DNA of 64,000 nt from Rhizophagus irregularis (taxonomy: Eukaryota): contig NC_089429.1 of the NCBI RefSeq assembly GCF_026210795.1, positions 992,001-1,056,000 on the forward strand. The letters run 5' to 3'. Positions 1 through 14,042 of the stretch are shown one piece after another (positions within the stretch are counted from its first letter, which is position 1; each line of letters starts with the position of its first letter). The notes under the pieces are model-generated. The model saw nothing but the letters and a program-made list of their open reading frames with translations. It searched no databases and was not told where the DNA came from. The translations under genes and the position numbers were made by a program.

Positions 1-2
1 AA

Positions 3-179
3 ATTGAAAAGCAATTTAAAGAAGCAGAAGAATATAGAAAAGCAAATTATACATCTATAGGAAATAGTCAATTAACTAGTCACCATCCACAAGCTTATTA
101 CACTTCTCGATTACTCAATCCATTTACCAGAGATCTTTCAAATAATGATACTGATTGTTTAGACTGTATGATTGATTGA
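3..179 (+). CDS. 3' end of a TKL-type protein kinase gene (partial, runs in from the window edge)
   Basis: Frame 3 reads IEKQFKEAEEYRK...HPQAYYTSRLLNPFT...CLDCMID*. The HPQA.YTSRLL tail matches the kinase at 7905-9756. Confidence 0.75.
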   Translation: MEKQFKEAEEYRKANYTSIGNSQLTSHHPQAYYTSRLLNPFTRDLSNNDTDCLDCMID

Positions 180-801
180 ACTAAAGTTAGTATAATTATT
201 ATTATTATTTTATTGTTTCAGTCAAATAGTTTTAAAAAAGTAATTAGTGTATTTTATTGAATGTTGATATATATGATAACAAATGATAATATCTAATATA
301 TTTATTATTTATTTTATTATTACATCATTATTTGTAAGAATTCTTGGTCATCCGGTAAATCATTCACACATGAAATTCCATCAGCAAAGTTTTAGAAATG
401 GTAGATTTGCCAATATTAAGTTGTCCACCTATTATTTTACATGAGGATTTTAAAATTCTATTAATTATATTATAGCATGAAATATAAAAGGTGTAACACA
501 TTATCGAAACTTATATATTCTAATTACAGTCTCCTTTATTTTATATAAGACGCAACAAATTTAATCCTACTATTAAATATTAACCAATTTTATAATTAGG
601 ATTTAAGAAATTATTAATATTTTTTTTTATTGATTGATGCCATTGTATGTTGTTCAACACTAATTATAGAGTATATGTGATTGTTTTTACATAAGTAAAA
701 TTAGTTTGTAATTGAACAAATAAAATATAAGATTTGAAAATATCAACTTATGATGGTTATAATTTGCTTATTAATATTATATTTATATTTATTATTAACT
801 A

Positions 802-1307
802 CACAGTGAAATTCGATAAGCCGGTTCCACTAAAAATATCCAGTTTATCGGGATATTCGGTATAGCGAAAAAATTTCGATATACTAAAAATCTATTATAC
901 TGAATTTTCATGCTAATAAAACTAATATACGCTATAATTTAATTTTTTAATCTTAGTTTTAAGTCATAGAGTTCATGAAAATGAATATAAAAACTTTTAA
1001 TTGAAGATATAAGTAATACATAACTTCAGCCGGAATTAAGATTTTTGTAATTCTGGCCAAAATTAAGATTTACCACATCACGTAAATTAAATTTATTGGT
1101 TAATGATCACGTGATCCGGTTTATCGAATCATTTTTACTATAGCTGGTTAGAAAATTGATCCGTTATAGCAAATATCGAGCTTTTACTAGTAAACTCCGG
1201 TATATCAAAGCTATTTTAATATAGTACGTGATTTGGTTCCAGCAAAAAAGTCTGGTTTAGGCCCAAATCCGGTTTATCAAAGATCTGGTTTATCGAATTT
1301 CACTGTG
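802..1307. mobile_element. MITE, Tc1/mariner-pogo type
   Basis: TIR cacagtgaaattcgataa (802-819) / ttatcgaatttcactgtg (1290-1307), TA on both sides, internal ccggtttatc subterminal repeats. Confidence 0.8.
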
Positions 1308-1331
1308 TATAACATTTTTTTTAATCTATTA

Positions 1332-2173
1332 CTAGCAGTTGCCCGTTGCTTCGCATCGGGAGTAGTAGTATTACTATATAATATTAAATTTTTAGTCACA
1401 ATTAGAAGCTCACTTTGATTATTAATTAGATTATGAGAGTAATAAAATATAAATTAATTTAAATAAAATAATATGCAGGTAAATATTGTTATGTATCTAT
1501 ATAATTAAAAACAAATTAACTAAAAAAAATTTGTTGATACAAAAAAAAAAATTTTTACACGAATTTATTAGTCAGAAACAATATCATTGACTAAAAAAAA
1601 TTCTCATCAAAACATCAAAAAATTTGTAGGACATAGTTCTAATTTGATTATAGTTTTGATCCGATCTAAACTAAAAAAGAATAATAATATTCTTTTGGGT
1701 TAAAAAAAAATTAAAAAAATTTTGATAAATTCCGATTAAAAAAAAATCCAATAAAAATATAATAAAAAAAGAATAAGAAAAAATTTTGGTTAAAGTTAAC
1801 CGAAGGGATAAAAAAATTAATGAAAAAGATTAAAAAGGTAGTTTCAGTCTTTACGGTAAAATACTGGTAAAATCCGAAATAAAAAAAAATTATTATTGTC
1901 TATCCAATAGAAATGGTTAGTTGTGGTAACTAAGAGAGTGGTAATAACCGCAATTAATATACTTTTCTTTGTTAGTATTAATTTATTAGAATAAAAAAAT
2001 CCAGTTAAAATTTTAATTAACCGGAAATGTATCAGTTTAAAGATTTTCTTAATTATGATGATATGATAAATACGAAATAGATCGGGCGCAAGAATATACA
2101 TTTTCAATGTTACACAATTCAAATTATTTATATGTCTAATCTAAATATGACAATTTTTTTTTAATTAGATAGA
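1332..2173 (-). mobile_element. Non-autonomous Helitron
   Basis: Minus strand starts A|TCTATCTAATT (2173) and ends with hairpin cccgttgcttcgcatcggg (1342-1360) followed by CTAG|T (1332). AT target, no TSD. The 5' end is less certain than the 3' end. Confidence 0.7.
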
Positions 2174-2386
2174 TTAGCAACAATTATATGTTATAATGTA
2201 ATTTTAAAATTTTAACATATTTTACAGATTTTACTTTCAATTGAGCAACCACCAACCAGTATAAATTTATCTATAAGTTGTTTTCACTGATGTTCCATTT
2301 ATTTAACTCTTTTTGATATAACAATTTTTATACTAAGTTTTCACTTGCTTACAATTCTTACAATTAAACAAAATACAGATTTTATA

Positions 2387-3700
2387 CACTGGCCTACAAT
2401 AAATTACCAGATTTTTTTTTATTTATAGAAATTATATTTAAAACTTAAAATTTTTCACGCATTATAAAAAAATTTTTTGTACTTATTAATTAACAAAAAA
2501 ATTTTTTTTAAAATAAAATACTGATTATGAAGTTTATTATTATTATTTAAAAATTTAAACTTAATATGATTAGTATTTGGTGTGCCCACCTTTAGCTTTA
2601 ATTACTGCTTTAATGCGCTTTGGTAAGCTTAAAATTAGGTGATGTAATGTTTCGATACTAATTTTCCTCCATTCCTCTTGTACCACATTAATTAATTCCT
2701 GTTTAGATTTAGGTAAAGGCTTCCTTTTACGTACTTGATAGTCCAAATAGTTCCACAAGTTCCCGATCGGATTGAGATTAGGACTTTGCGCCACCCAATC
2801 CAAAATTGGAATGTTATGCGTTGTTATCCACCAAACGCTATAAGAAGATGTATGACATGATGCTCCATCTTGTTGAAAAATAGAATCAGGGTAATTACTA
2901 ACCCATGGTATAAAATGGTTGGACAAAATATTGACATAATCATCTGAATTCATATTTCCTTCCACCACAACTAAAGGTCCAACTCCATGCCAACTGAAAC
3001 AACCCCAAAACATCACTGATCCTCCTCCAAACTTTACTGTTAGTTGAATACAATTTTGATTGTAAGCCTCTCCAGGGCTTCTCCACACTCTTACACGACT
3101 ATCTGACTCAAAAAGGGCAAACCTTGACTCATCTGACCATACCACTTTCTTCCATTCTTCTTCCCAGTTTTTTTTATCTTTACAACATCTTAACCTATCA
3201 CTCCTATGTTTTTTGGTTAAAAGAGGTTTTTTACGAGTTGCATAACTACCAAGACCTTCATTATGAAGATAATTTCTAATTGTATTATAGTATAAAGTTG
3301 TGTCAAGGCTTGAGTTTAGTCTGTTTGTTATGTCACCAAGAGGAGAAAACCGGTCAGACCGAACAACACGTTGTAAAGCGCGTGTATCACATTCAGTGAG
3401 TATTTTTGGACGACCAGGGTGTTTAGCAGGTGTTGCAGAACCTGTTTTTCTGTATCTCTTTATTGTGTCATATACCGTACTTGTGGGGATACCAAGTTGA
3501 ACTGAAATTTCTCTCTGCTTGGCACCGCCAAGAAAAGCCCCAACAATACGTTCACGAAGAGTTTCTGAAAGCTCGTGATATAGAAACACTTCGAAGTGTT
3601 TATTTTTTTGTTTATATGTGCGATAGGGAGAAATCGGCGATTGTGAAACATGCGCACAAACTCACATGACAAAAATCTGGTAATTTATTGTAGGCCAGTG
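2387..3700 (-). mobile_element. Complete Tc1-family DNA transposon (1314 bp)
   Basis: Perfect 30-bp TIRs cactggcctacaataaattaccagattttt (2387-2416 / 3671-3700), TA TSD, internal transposase ORF. Confidence 0.95.
2570..3589 (-). CDS. Tc1 transposase (paired HTH + DD34E fold), probably inactive
   Basis: HTH, GRPK, WSDESRF and FQQDGASCH present. SPNLNPIGNLW replaces canonical SPDLNPIENLW. The ORF opens on GTG, not ATG. Confidence 0.9.
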   Translation of the reverse strand: MFLYHELSETLRERIVGAFLGGAKQREISVQLGIPTSTVYDTIKRYRKTGSATPAKHPGRPKILTECDTRALQRVVRSDRFSPLGDITNRLNSSLDTTLYYNTIRNYLHNEGLGSYATRKKPLLTKKHRSDRLRCCKDKKNWEEEWKKVVWSDESRFALFESDSRVRVWRSPGEAYNQNCIQLTVKFGGGSVMFWGCFSWHGVGPLVVVEGNMNSDDYVNILSNHFIPWVSNYPDSIFQQDGASCHTSSYSVWWITTHNIPILDWVAQSPNLNPIGNLWNYLDYQVRKRKPLPKSKQELINVVQEEWRKISIETLHHLILSLPKRIKAVIKAKGGHTKY

Positions 3701-4068
3701 TATTAACTATTATTTCTTCAAGTCTTCTTAAAATTTTCTAACTGTGAATTAAAAAAATAAAATATGATTAAGTGTAGTAAAATGATAATAACAATACACA
3801 TTGTATGTATGGTATGATTTTTTCATCATTAATCCGTGGATATGAAAATTTGCAGCTAGAAAAAAAAAAATTTTTTTATTTATTTAGTTAAGAACGTTTA
3901 TTTATGTTCTTTACATTTTTATTTTTTCGGAAAATGGCTCCTTGGAGGCTTGGACCTTTAAGATGAAATGGATGCAAGGTAAAGCCAAAAAAAATTTATT
4001 ATTATTTATTCGTTAAAGAACGTTTACTAACGTTTCTTTATATTTTTTTAGTTTTTATTTCGTTGTTT

Positions 4069-4252
4069 CCCTATAAAAAATTTTATCCATTATTTCTGTA
4101 AAACTCCATAAAAATGAGCCTTTCACGGATCCATTCACGGAAAATGTAAATAATTCGATAAATTCCGCGATATAAGGTTATTAATTCCGGAATATGAGCC
4201 TTTTACGGAAAAAAAATAGAGTATAAAAAACGGATTGACTTTTTTTACAGGG
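4069..4252. mobile_element. MITE with CCC...GGG ends (CMC-like)
   Basis: ccctataaaaaa / ttttttacaggg ends, TTT on both sides (3-bp TSD). Same end type as 53993-55485. Confidence 0.6.
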
Positions 4253-5202
4253 TTTTATTCGTTAAGAACGTTGACTAACGTTCTTCTTTAAATTTTTTTT
4301 AGAAAACAGCTCCATCTATGATAAGTTTATCAATATAATTATTACCGCTTGTCCAATTTTCAAAATTTTGTTAAAAATGCATTAATGCATTTCATTACAT
4401 ATAATGTTATACTTTTCATATATTTCATTCCAAACTACCATACATAATCAAATAATTTATCGTAAGGTATCCATTTCAAATTTTTCTAAATATATATCCA
4501 TATTCTTTAAAATCTGGTAGATTAATTCATCAATGGTCTCAAAACGTATTGTAAAACGGTCCATGTCTAATAATCTATAATTTAAAAAAATTGTTAGAAA
4601 TTAAACAAAAAATTTGAATAATAAGAGAGAAAATTTTTTCACCCGTGGCTGTATAAATAGGAGTTGACATTTACTTTGCGTAACAATCGAGTAGTTAGAC
4701 CCGAATAATACTGGGTAACAAAAGACAAATACTGAGACCAGAAATTACATAATGCCTCCCCTGGAACAATTCAAAAAAGAAAGAAACTACATGCCTTGGT
4801 TTGCGGGGTCTTGCATGTAATACAAAAATTACTTTTATTTAAATTTAAAATTAAATTTTTTTTTTTTAGTATAACGAAATACTTTATTATTTATATGATA
4901 AAATACATAAAATACATCATGATCAGTTAAAATTAAATTAAATTGATATTGTTTGACGAATCTAGTTAATTTGTAAGAAGTTAGAATTTACTAAAATCGT
5001 AGTTTATAGCTACTGTTGAAATTTATGTATTCTAATATAAATTGATCGATCAATCATCGATTTTGAAAAAAATTTCTTTATTAAATTTTGATTTGACATC
5101 ATTTTTTTTTTGTGATTGGTCAACAGTTTGATTCAATTGAAGCCAACATTTTGTGATAGATTAATTGATTGGGCTCACTAAGGAATACTTGAGATTAAGC
5201 TA

Positions 5203-5480
5203 ATGGAAATAAAATATTGATGAATTAATACAACAATCTGATGAAATGTTACCACTTACCAGAGTGGTTTGTAAAATTTATTTAGCTGACTGTGCTGAAA
5301 GAAATATTAAATTTGGGATATTGAAAATCAAAAATAAATGAAATTAAAATTACATTAAAGACCTAAATAATTCATGTATTTATTAACAAAGTTACTCTTT
5401 ATTAGATAAATATCATTGATATTTCAGGTCATTTTCATTGTATATTATAGATAATGATTATATGATAAAAATACATATTG
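5203..5480 (+). pseudogene. Decayed kinase gene relic
   Basis: ggaaataaaaatattgatgaattaatacaacaatc and gggatattgaaaatcaaaaat match 8283-8476, with indels and stops. Boundaries approximate. Confidence 0.65.
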
Positions 5481-7418
5481 TAAAGGTAGAAATAAAAAAA
5501 ATTTTTTAATGAATAACTTGATAATTGTATAATTAAATTTATTCTCAAATAAAAGAATTTGAAAAAAATTAGAAAATAAAATTAAAGAAAAACAAAATGA
5601 AACTAAAAATCTTTAAACATTACTTATTTTTTTCATTATTAAATACTTGAATTGCAAATTAAATAAATAGGTTAGACATTTGTTTTTAAATATGATAAAA
5701 TCTAAAACTTTTAGTATTATTTCTTACATAAATTCCTTTTTATTTTCAGTAATTTACCATTATATTATAAAATTTGCAATAAAAAACATTTTCTATTTCT
5801 TTAAAGTTGACATCATGCTAATTTTATGTAAAAAAGCTAATGGTAACGAATCGCCTTATAAATATTTTCTCCCTTACTTTTGACCTCCACTTCCTTACCC
5901 TTTTTACTTTTGTTCCCAATTTTTATTATATAAACTATTAAATAGTAACTTAGAAACTAACTCCGCCTAAACTATTTAACATGAAAGCTACATTTATCAG
6001 TAATTTCTTAGTTAAAGACAAAGTAATACTTTCTACTTGTGTGATGTAACATTATCTTTCTTTAAGTGTACATAATGAACAACAACTCAGGAACCATCAA
6101 GATTAGTCTGTAGATCTAAGCTCCTGATTCGTGGGCAGTACTGAAGTACATTGTATTCAGTCGGTAAAAATTGAGTTTTATTTATATATGTGATCTTTCG
6201 GTAAAAATTTGTGGTTCCTGGTATCACGTTGACTGACGCTTCTCGTAAACTGTACTGTACAACCTCTTAATGCTATCGTCTCTAGTTCAATTAGTTCAGT
6301 AATAATTTACCTAACGGAAAATGAACCATTAATATTGACGATGATAAAGAAAGCATGGGTGTAAAACCAATAGCGCACACCAAATAAAAGAAAAAGAAGA
6401 ATGATTCATCAAATTTTCACATCATCAGATAAAAGGAGCAAGAAATGAAACCGTTACGTCTTTAAAGGTGTCTTACAGCTCTGATTGTATCGTAAACACT
6501 ATATAGGAAATTTTTACATCGTAACCATGACTGTCCTCTTTAGTTGAGTTGCTCCCGTTCTTTCTCATAAAGTAGTTATGAACTTAGTAATGAAACGTTT
6601 TGAAAATTCTTTGGAATATTGTCCATAAATATTCTTTGGTGCTTTTGTCATACTTTTTTACCAACATCTTGTTGAGTAATTTTAAATTTCATTATTTATT
6701 AATTTTACATATTTTTTATAGTGGCTTCCTAGATTAATGACGAAACCACAAATGATCAGCATCATGTAACATAACCAAGAGCATAATTTGTATATATATG
6801 TAGAATTAAGAATTTTTGAAAGTTTTATAAAAATTAAATATAATCCGCATAATAAGTCAAATAAAGAATCAAAATTTAGTGTCATTTAATTTTAATAATA
6901 ATTATTCGTAATAAAAATTGGCAACAAAAAAAAAAACAAAAAAAAATTCTATAAAAAATTTAAATATAATAAGTAATTATATTATTGAGACAGTACAGTA
7001 TTCTGTATATTATCGCAGTTTTCAGAATTCTGTGTACGTTGTGATGATTGAGTGATTATGATTGCAGGACGATTACAGGACGATTACAGGACAATATTGT
7101 CCGATTTTTGTCTGGTAATTGTCCTGTAATCTAATAATTTTTTTATTAGATAATCTATAGGGGGTAGCACAATTTTGAAAAGTGTGATAAAAAAAAATTG
7201 AGTAAAAATAAATAAATCTATAATAATTTCTTATATAAAATACGATTAATCTTACATCAATTAATTAGTTACCTAAATTATTTAACATGGTTTTCATTAG
7301 TTTCCACAATATCTAAGCCAATAGAAAATGTACTAATTTCTAGACAAATTTCAAAACTAACAAAATAAATAAACTCATAATTATACAATAGCACCTACTA
7401 TCATCCGCTATTAAATTA

Positions 7419-7596
7419 CCGTATTTTTCCAAAATTAGTCACCCCCCGAAATTAAGCACCCCTACCAACTTTTCGTACTTTGATAACAAGATTTTTATAC
7501 AAAATACTAGTAAAAAAACTTCCAAAATTAAGCACCTCCCCAAGTTTTTAACCAAAATCCTTGTAAAAAGGGGTGACTAATTTTGGAAAAATACAG
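7419..7596. mobile_element. MITE, pogo/Tc2 type
   Basis: TIR ccgtatttttccaaaattagtcacccc / ggggtgactaattttggaaaaatacag, TA on both sides. Confidence 0.85.
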
Positions 7597-7904
7597 TATA
7601 TTATTTTATACAATGAGACTTACCCTATTTTTTCTGAAACTTTAAAATCCGAATCTTATTTAAATGACCAAAAAACAAGAAACCCTTAGTCATGAGGTCA
7701 AAACATTAACACAAAAATTCTAAATTAAGGATCATTATGTAATATCAATTAGGGAAGATTTGCATTTAATGATAAATAAGATTTAACGTAACGTCCAATT
7801 TATTTATTTTTTTCTATTCGAATTACTTTTTTTTAAAAAATAATTTTTTTTCAATTGAGTATACTAGCTAAACATATATAAGTGTTATATAAAATATTAA
7901 TAAA

Positions 7905-9756
7905 ATGGATACTTCAAAACAAAATTCAGATACAACTGAGATTACAACAAGAGATAATTCTAAACCTGTTGTTAAAAATTTATGGAAAGTAGGCGATGGT
8001 GAATATCAGGTAAAAATATTATAATATAATAAACAATATAGATATTTATTAAAATTTTTTAATCTTTCATTTTGATAGTTTCACGCTACAATTTTTTCAA
8101 CTGATTCAACTGCTGAAGATGAAACTATTTTATTTTTTAAAAAAGTAAATATTATGGATTTAGAAAAAAGAAAAAAAGTATACGGAGTATGTGGAGAGTG
8201 TAATGAACCAGGTACAGGATCTCGTTGGTGTCAACCTTGTAATGCTAAAAGATTTAAGGAAAATTTTAAAAATTGGACTAGTGGAAATAAAAATATTGAT
8301 GAATTAATACAACAATCACAACTTAATGCTTTTTATTGCACAAGAAGTCTTGAATGGATACCTTTTGAAAATTTTGAAAATGTTACCTATCTTACTAGAG
8401 GTGGTTTTAGTAAAATTTATTCGGCTGGCTGGCCCGAAGGAAATATTGGGCATTGGGATATTGAAAATCAAAAATGGAAACGAACTTCAAGAAAAGTTGC
8501 ATTGAAATGTTTAAATAATTTATTTAATAATATAAGTAATGATTTTTTAAATGAGGTAATTAAAATAAATATTGCTTACTAATATTTGTATTTTAATACA
8601 TAATTTATTAACAAAATTTCTCTTTTAATGATTTTAGATTAAATATTATATTTCATGTCATTTTCATGCTACTAATACTGTTGTGTGTTTTGGAATAACT
8701 CAAGATCCAGATACTAAAGATTATATGATGGTTTTAGAATATTTTGGGGGAGGAAATTTGAGAAATATTTTAACGAAAGGTTTAGATTATAAAACAAAAA
8801 TGGAATTTTTATTTTGTATTATAGATGGACTTTCAGGTATTCATGATGCTGGAAATATTCATAAAGATTTTCATTCGGGCAATATATTACATGATAATAA
8901 AGATGATTTACTATCAATTAGTGATTTGGGAATGTGTGAACCAGTACTAAATAATAATGAACAAAAAGGAATTCACCTTATATGGCACCCGAAGTTTTAC
9001 GTGGATATCAATATACATAAGCAGCAGATATTTACTCATTTGGAATAATAATGAATGAACTTATGTCAGAAGAAATTCCTTATAGTGATAATCCTAATGA
9101 TAATTTTTTGGTTGTCAAAATATGTAAAGGATTTAGACCAAAAATTTCTGAAGTTACACCAAAATTAATTGTAGATTTGATTATTAAATGTTGGGATGCT
9201 AAAGCAGCAAATAGACCAACTGCTAAAGAGTTGCGTCAAATATTCTTTAAATATGATTTAGAAATGGAAGATGAAAACAGTGAAATTAGTTATCAAATAA
9301 AAGAATGTGAAAAAATTAAAGAGAATAAATTAAAAAACAGAACAAATGAAAATCAATCTAAAAATCACCCACAAGCAATTTATACTAGCAGACTTTTAAA
9401 TTTTGAAAATCTTCCAGAACCAGTTAATTCAACTGATTATTTATCTTCATTTCAAGGTAAATATACGTTTAAAAAATTAATAAGAAAATATATTTTATTG
9501 ATTTTTTTATTTTTTTTTAATAGAAACTATTTCATCATCAGCAAATCCAAGTATATATTTGCATTATTAAAGATTATTGTGATTATTATATAATATTATT
9601 TTCATTTTATTAATAGTTTTTGAATGTTTGGATTGTGAATTAAATGAATTAGGTAAGACATCTGTTTTTTAAATATATGAAATTATTAGTTTAATTTAAT
9701 TATTATTATCTTTTTTTTTAAAAAAAAAAGATCTCAATCAAGACGATGATGAATAA
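7905..9756 (+). pseudogene. TKL-type protein kinase gene, multi-exon, frameshifted
   Basis: ATG at 7905, GT-AG introns (8010-8078, 8556-8638, further 3' introns), CxxC..WCxxC, NWTSGN, GGFSKIY, HKDFHSGNIL, DLG. A small deletion at ~8975 shifts PYMAPE out of frame. Confidence 0.8.
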
Positions 9757-11902
9757 ATTTTGAGTAAATTTATTTATTGCCCATAGTGATGCATCTCCTC
9801 TGGGCAAAATTACGTAATACCAACCAAAATAAAGAGTGACACGGGTGACAAAAGGTAGCGATGACATCGCACGCGTGATGAATAATTTTAAATTAGTATA
9901 TTGTCAAAAAATTTTAGTAGTTTCTTTTTGTTATATATTATTCCATTTTTTTATAAAATTCTTTTTTATTTTAGTACTTTTATTAATATATTATCTTGGC
10001 AAATTTCTTTATAAATTTTTTATTTTTATTATATAATGTAGCGACGTGACTTTATTTGATCAAATTTAAACTATAAAATAAATACATCATCTTGTATACT
10101 ATTTTATTCTCAAAATAATATAGACAACTAAAAATTTTAGATATTCTTTGACTAAAATTTTTAATTATCAAATTCGTATTGTATATACTTAATAGTAATT
10201 GTGCGGCAAATTTGACGGATTGGCATGATTTAATTAATTATTGGCGAAACAGAAAATTATGTGACTCCAAAACTTTAAAACATTCGGTAATCGGTACTTT
10301 ATACAAAAAAAAAAAATATCTCATTCTTTAATTTCCTATTATTTAATTTTATTTTTATTTTCAGCTAAATCAAGTTTTATAAGATTTTATTACCACCACT
10401 TTTCTTCGCATTTTCATGATAGTAACAAAATAATTTATAGTTTTGAGTGTAAAATATATGCAAATTTAAGGTATATACTTTATTTAAAATAAACATTAAC
10501 AATATATAACAACAAATGTGTGTAATAAATTCTAATAAACAATGAATAAAGAAATAAATCATTAAATAAACGAAAAATATTGCCTTCCGCCAGAGATTTT
10601 AAATATTCCATTAGAGACTAAAAAACTAAAACTAAGAATCTCCTTCGTTCTACCTTCTATATATACTACATCTTTGATTCGTGTAAGTTATCCTTGGTAT
10701 AAGCTATACTTCGTATATTCTTATAAAATTTAAGTTATACTAAATTATACGAGGTATATAACTTACACTTCGGATTGATTATATGATATATGCCAATTTC
10801 TTGCCGATATCTGTACATCTTTTCTTATTTTCATAAAAACTATATACACATACTGATTCCATGCAACAATATCTAATAAATCACATCATTTATTTATATT
10901 TTATTAAAAAAAAAAAATTTTTATAATGAATAAGTTGTCGAACAATTTTTTTTACCGGACGCAAGTAATAAACTAGATTATAATCAAAATATATAAACTT
11001 ACTGTTGCTTCACATTATATAAAGCAAAAGGCCAATCCATTGATAGGAAAAAATGTATTTATACTATATTAAGATAACATTTATATATTTCATTAGACCA
11101 ATGTATTTTTATAATTGTATTGGTTCTGCTTTTTTTGTGTGAAACGACTGAAATGTGTATAAATTATTTATTGATGTTAACAGAAGCAAAAAAATAATAT
11201 TCTGTCGTTATTTATCAAGAAAAAGTCAGAAAATACAAATTTACTTCTTGTTACATTATTATCATCATTATTTTAAAAGGAAGATTAAATAATTAAAGAA
11301 AGTGGTTTTTGCAACCTAACAGTCATGTGCTTATCACCAAATTCGTATCTATCTTGTGATATTTTTTGCTAAGTTTTCAATAATATTTTGATAAAGCTTT
11401 GATGAAAACCAGTCTTGTAATAGTAGCGAGCTGGAATAATAATCTTTAAAGATAGCAAATGACGTCAAACATTAATCAGAGCAAATTAATCTGAGACATT
11501 TGTGCGATGTATCTGCGAGTATACAATTGTACTTAAGATAGTTTTTTTTTTTGAATTGTTAAAAATCTGTGAAATTAGATGTAAATATCAATTATAAGCT
11601 ATTATCAGTAAACTGAAGATTGTAAGCAATAATAATTAATAAATTCTATTATCAGTAAACAAGAGGTCATTTTCATGGGGGAGCTTGACATGCTTTTAAA
11701 AGATCTTTAAGTGAAAGTATTGTAAAAAAAAAATGACTTCAATAAATATATTGTTGATCTCTCCTTTATAAATAAGCTTCATTAATTTTTAATTCTAGCT
11801 TTTTCTTAAATAAAATGAATAAACAAATGATGTTTTCTATTTATAATGAGTAAATTAGGCAGATTTCGGTTTATTATAAGTTAAAATAGTAGTAAAATTT
11901 AA

Positions 11903-12470
11903 GGGAATTGCTAAACGTCGCCGGGCGAGGTTTTTTTTCAATGTCACATGATGTACATGTACAATATAGAGTAAGGATTTTTTTTAGCTAATTTCTGATC
12001 GGCTAAACTCAAAATTTTATCACAAAAGATATTTTAAAAAAAAAAAATTTTGCAAACATATTTATTCAAAATAATCTTATCTAATGAAATTTTATTTGCA
12101 AATATTAAAATTTAAGTCACATTTACGATTTTAAAGAAAAAACCACAATATTTTTAATGAAGTGATACAATAAAAGAAATAATAGCAAATTACAATGATC
12201 AAAGATGCTAATAAAAAAAAATGAATTAACAATGAAGTAATGGAAAGTAATAGAAGGTGAAAGGGAGTAAAAAAGAGTAGTGAGAAGTGATAGGAAACAA
12301 AAAGGAGAAATATGGCATGATGGTAGATGGAAGAGGAGTGATGGGAGACGAAAAGGAGTGATGAAAAAATGAAGAGGAGTGATGGGAGACGAAAAGGGGA
12401 TGACCGGATGAGAAGATGAAGAGGAGTAATGGAAAGATGAAGAGGAGCGATGGGAGATGAAGAGGAGTAA
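11903..12470 (+). mobile_element. Partial copy of the MULE family at 41051-42328
   Basis: Starts gggaattgctaa, colinear with 41051-41700 including the GA-rich minisatellite. No right TIR found. Confidence 0.7.
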
Positions 12471-12549
12471 AAATTTATTAAAATTGTAAAATTTAATAAA
12501 AAATTTTCCAATAAATTTTCAATCAATTTTTTATAAAAAAAATAAAAAA

Positions 12550-13350
12550 AAAGATCTCTAATGAAATTCTTTATTAAAAAAATTTCAAGCCAAAATTCTC
12601 GATACACTTATTTAAAAAAAACTATTTTCAATAAAATTTTCTATTAGATTTCAAAAAAATAAAAAAATTTTTCAACAAATGATTCTCTAATGAAATTCTC
12701 AATCAAAAAAAATATCCCCGATTAAAGAAAAATTCAAAAAAACTCCTCTCCTATTAAAAAAAAAATCTTTATCGAAATTCTCTATCAAAAAAAAAAATCT
12801 CCCCTGTTAAAAAAATTTACACTAAACCAAATCAAAAAAAAAAATCTTACTATTAAAAAAAAATTCTATGATGAAATTTCTATCAAAAAAAGAAAAAAAA
12901 ATTCTCAGCGAAATCTATTAAAGAAAAATTCTTTAATGAAATTCTCTATCAAAAACAATTCCCCTATTAAAAAAAAATTCTCTAATAAATTCTCCGTCAA
13001 AAAATACTTTCACCTATTAAAAAAAATTCCCAAAAGAAATTATTTATAAATGAAAACTCCCTCCTGTTAAAAAAAAATTCTTAACGAAATTCTCTATCAA
13101 AAAAAAATCAAAAATTTTCTAACGAAATTATCAAAAAAAAAAATCTCTCCTGTTAAAAAAAAATTGTTCCAACAAATTAAGTATAAAAAAAAAATTCTCC
13201 AATGAAATTTCTATCAAATAAAAGTTTTTAACGAAATTATCCATCAAAAAAAAAACTCAGAAATGTCCCTATCAATGAAAAAAATTTTTTAACGAAATTT
13301 TTTATCAAAAAAAATCTTTTATTAAAAAATTCCCAAAGAAATTCTATCAA
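12550..13350. repeat. Degenerate A-rich minisatellite
   Basis: Many imperfect copies of gaaattctctatcaaaaaaa and cctattaaaaaaaa. Confidence 0.65.
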
Positions 13351-13636
13351 ACAAAGCCTTTGCCTATATTAAAAATAAAAATCAACCCTGTGCTGACAAA
13401 GGAACTAAGTTTTGACATCATCGAGTATAGTCGAATTAAATCAAACACAGTTGGACAAAAACATCAAGCACAAACGGACAAAAATAATGCACGGACGGAT
13501 AAAAATGTCAAGCATGGTCGGATAAAACCATCAAGCACGTACAGATATCAAGCATAAAAAATAAAAATATCAAGCACGGTGTAACATTTTGTCAATCCAT
13601 GCTTGATTTTTCACCCACCCAATGCCTCATAGTTTA

Positions 13637-13813
13637 GGTAAATAGATAAACTGTACTGTACGGTCAGCTGTACGAAAATATTTTAGCCAATCATAACTCA
13701 TTGTATACTTTTCAAATTTTTTTAATTTTTTTTATTTATCGTACAGTAAAATCTGTTCTCACTTCGTACAGTACAGTTTAGCTAACCGTACAGTACAGTT
13801 TTTATGTATACTC
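13637..13813 (+). mobile_element. MITE; second copy inverted at 43829-44025
   Basis: Inverted aaactgtactgtacgg / ccgtacagtacagttt repeats. Reverse complement of 43829-44025. Confidence 0.75.
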
Positions 13814-14042
13814 ATTAAATAACTTATGATCATAAGAATACTAAATATTATAAAATCTAATTTTACGTAAGTCATAACATGTGTTACACTGATGACTGAT
13901 CCAAAAATACCGTTGTTAAATTACTAAAAATATACATAATCAACGAGTTCTAGACTTCTAGTTATAAACCGGAATTGGCGTATTTAAAGTGGATTGTTTT
14001 TGTTTTTTTTGTTTTTTTTATTATTCATTCCCACCTTCAAAC

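Noticed and set aside
5680..6885. Short ORFs in AT-rich intergenic DNA
   Set aside because: No motifs, low-complexity composition and mostly short; no support for coding.
12131..12607. Hydrophobic ORF (also 41280-41820)
   Set aside because: Antisense reading of the GA-rich minisatellite in the MULE.
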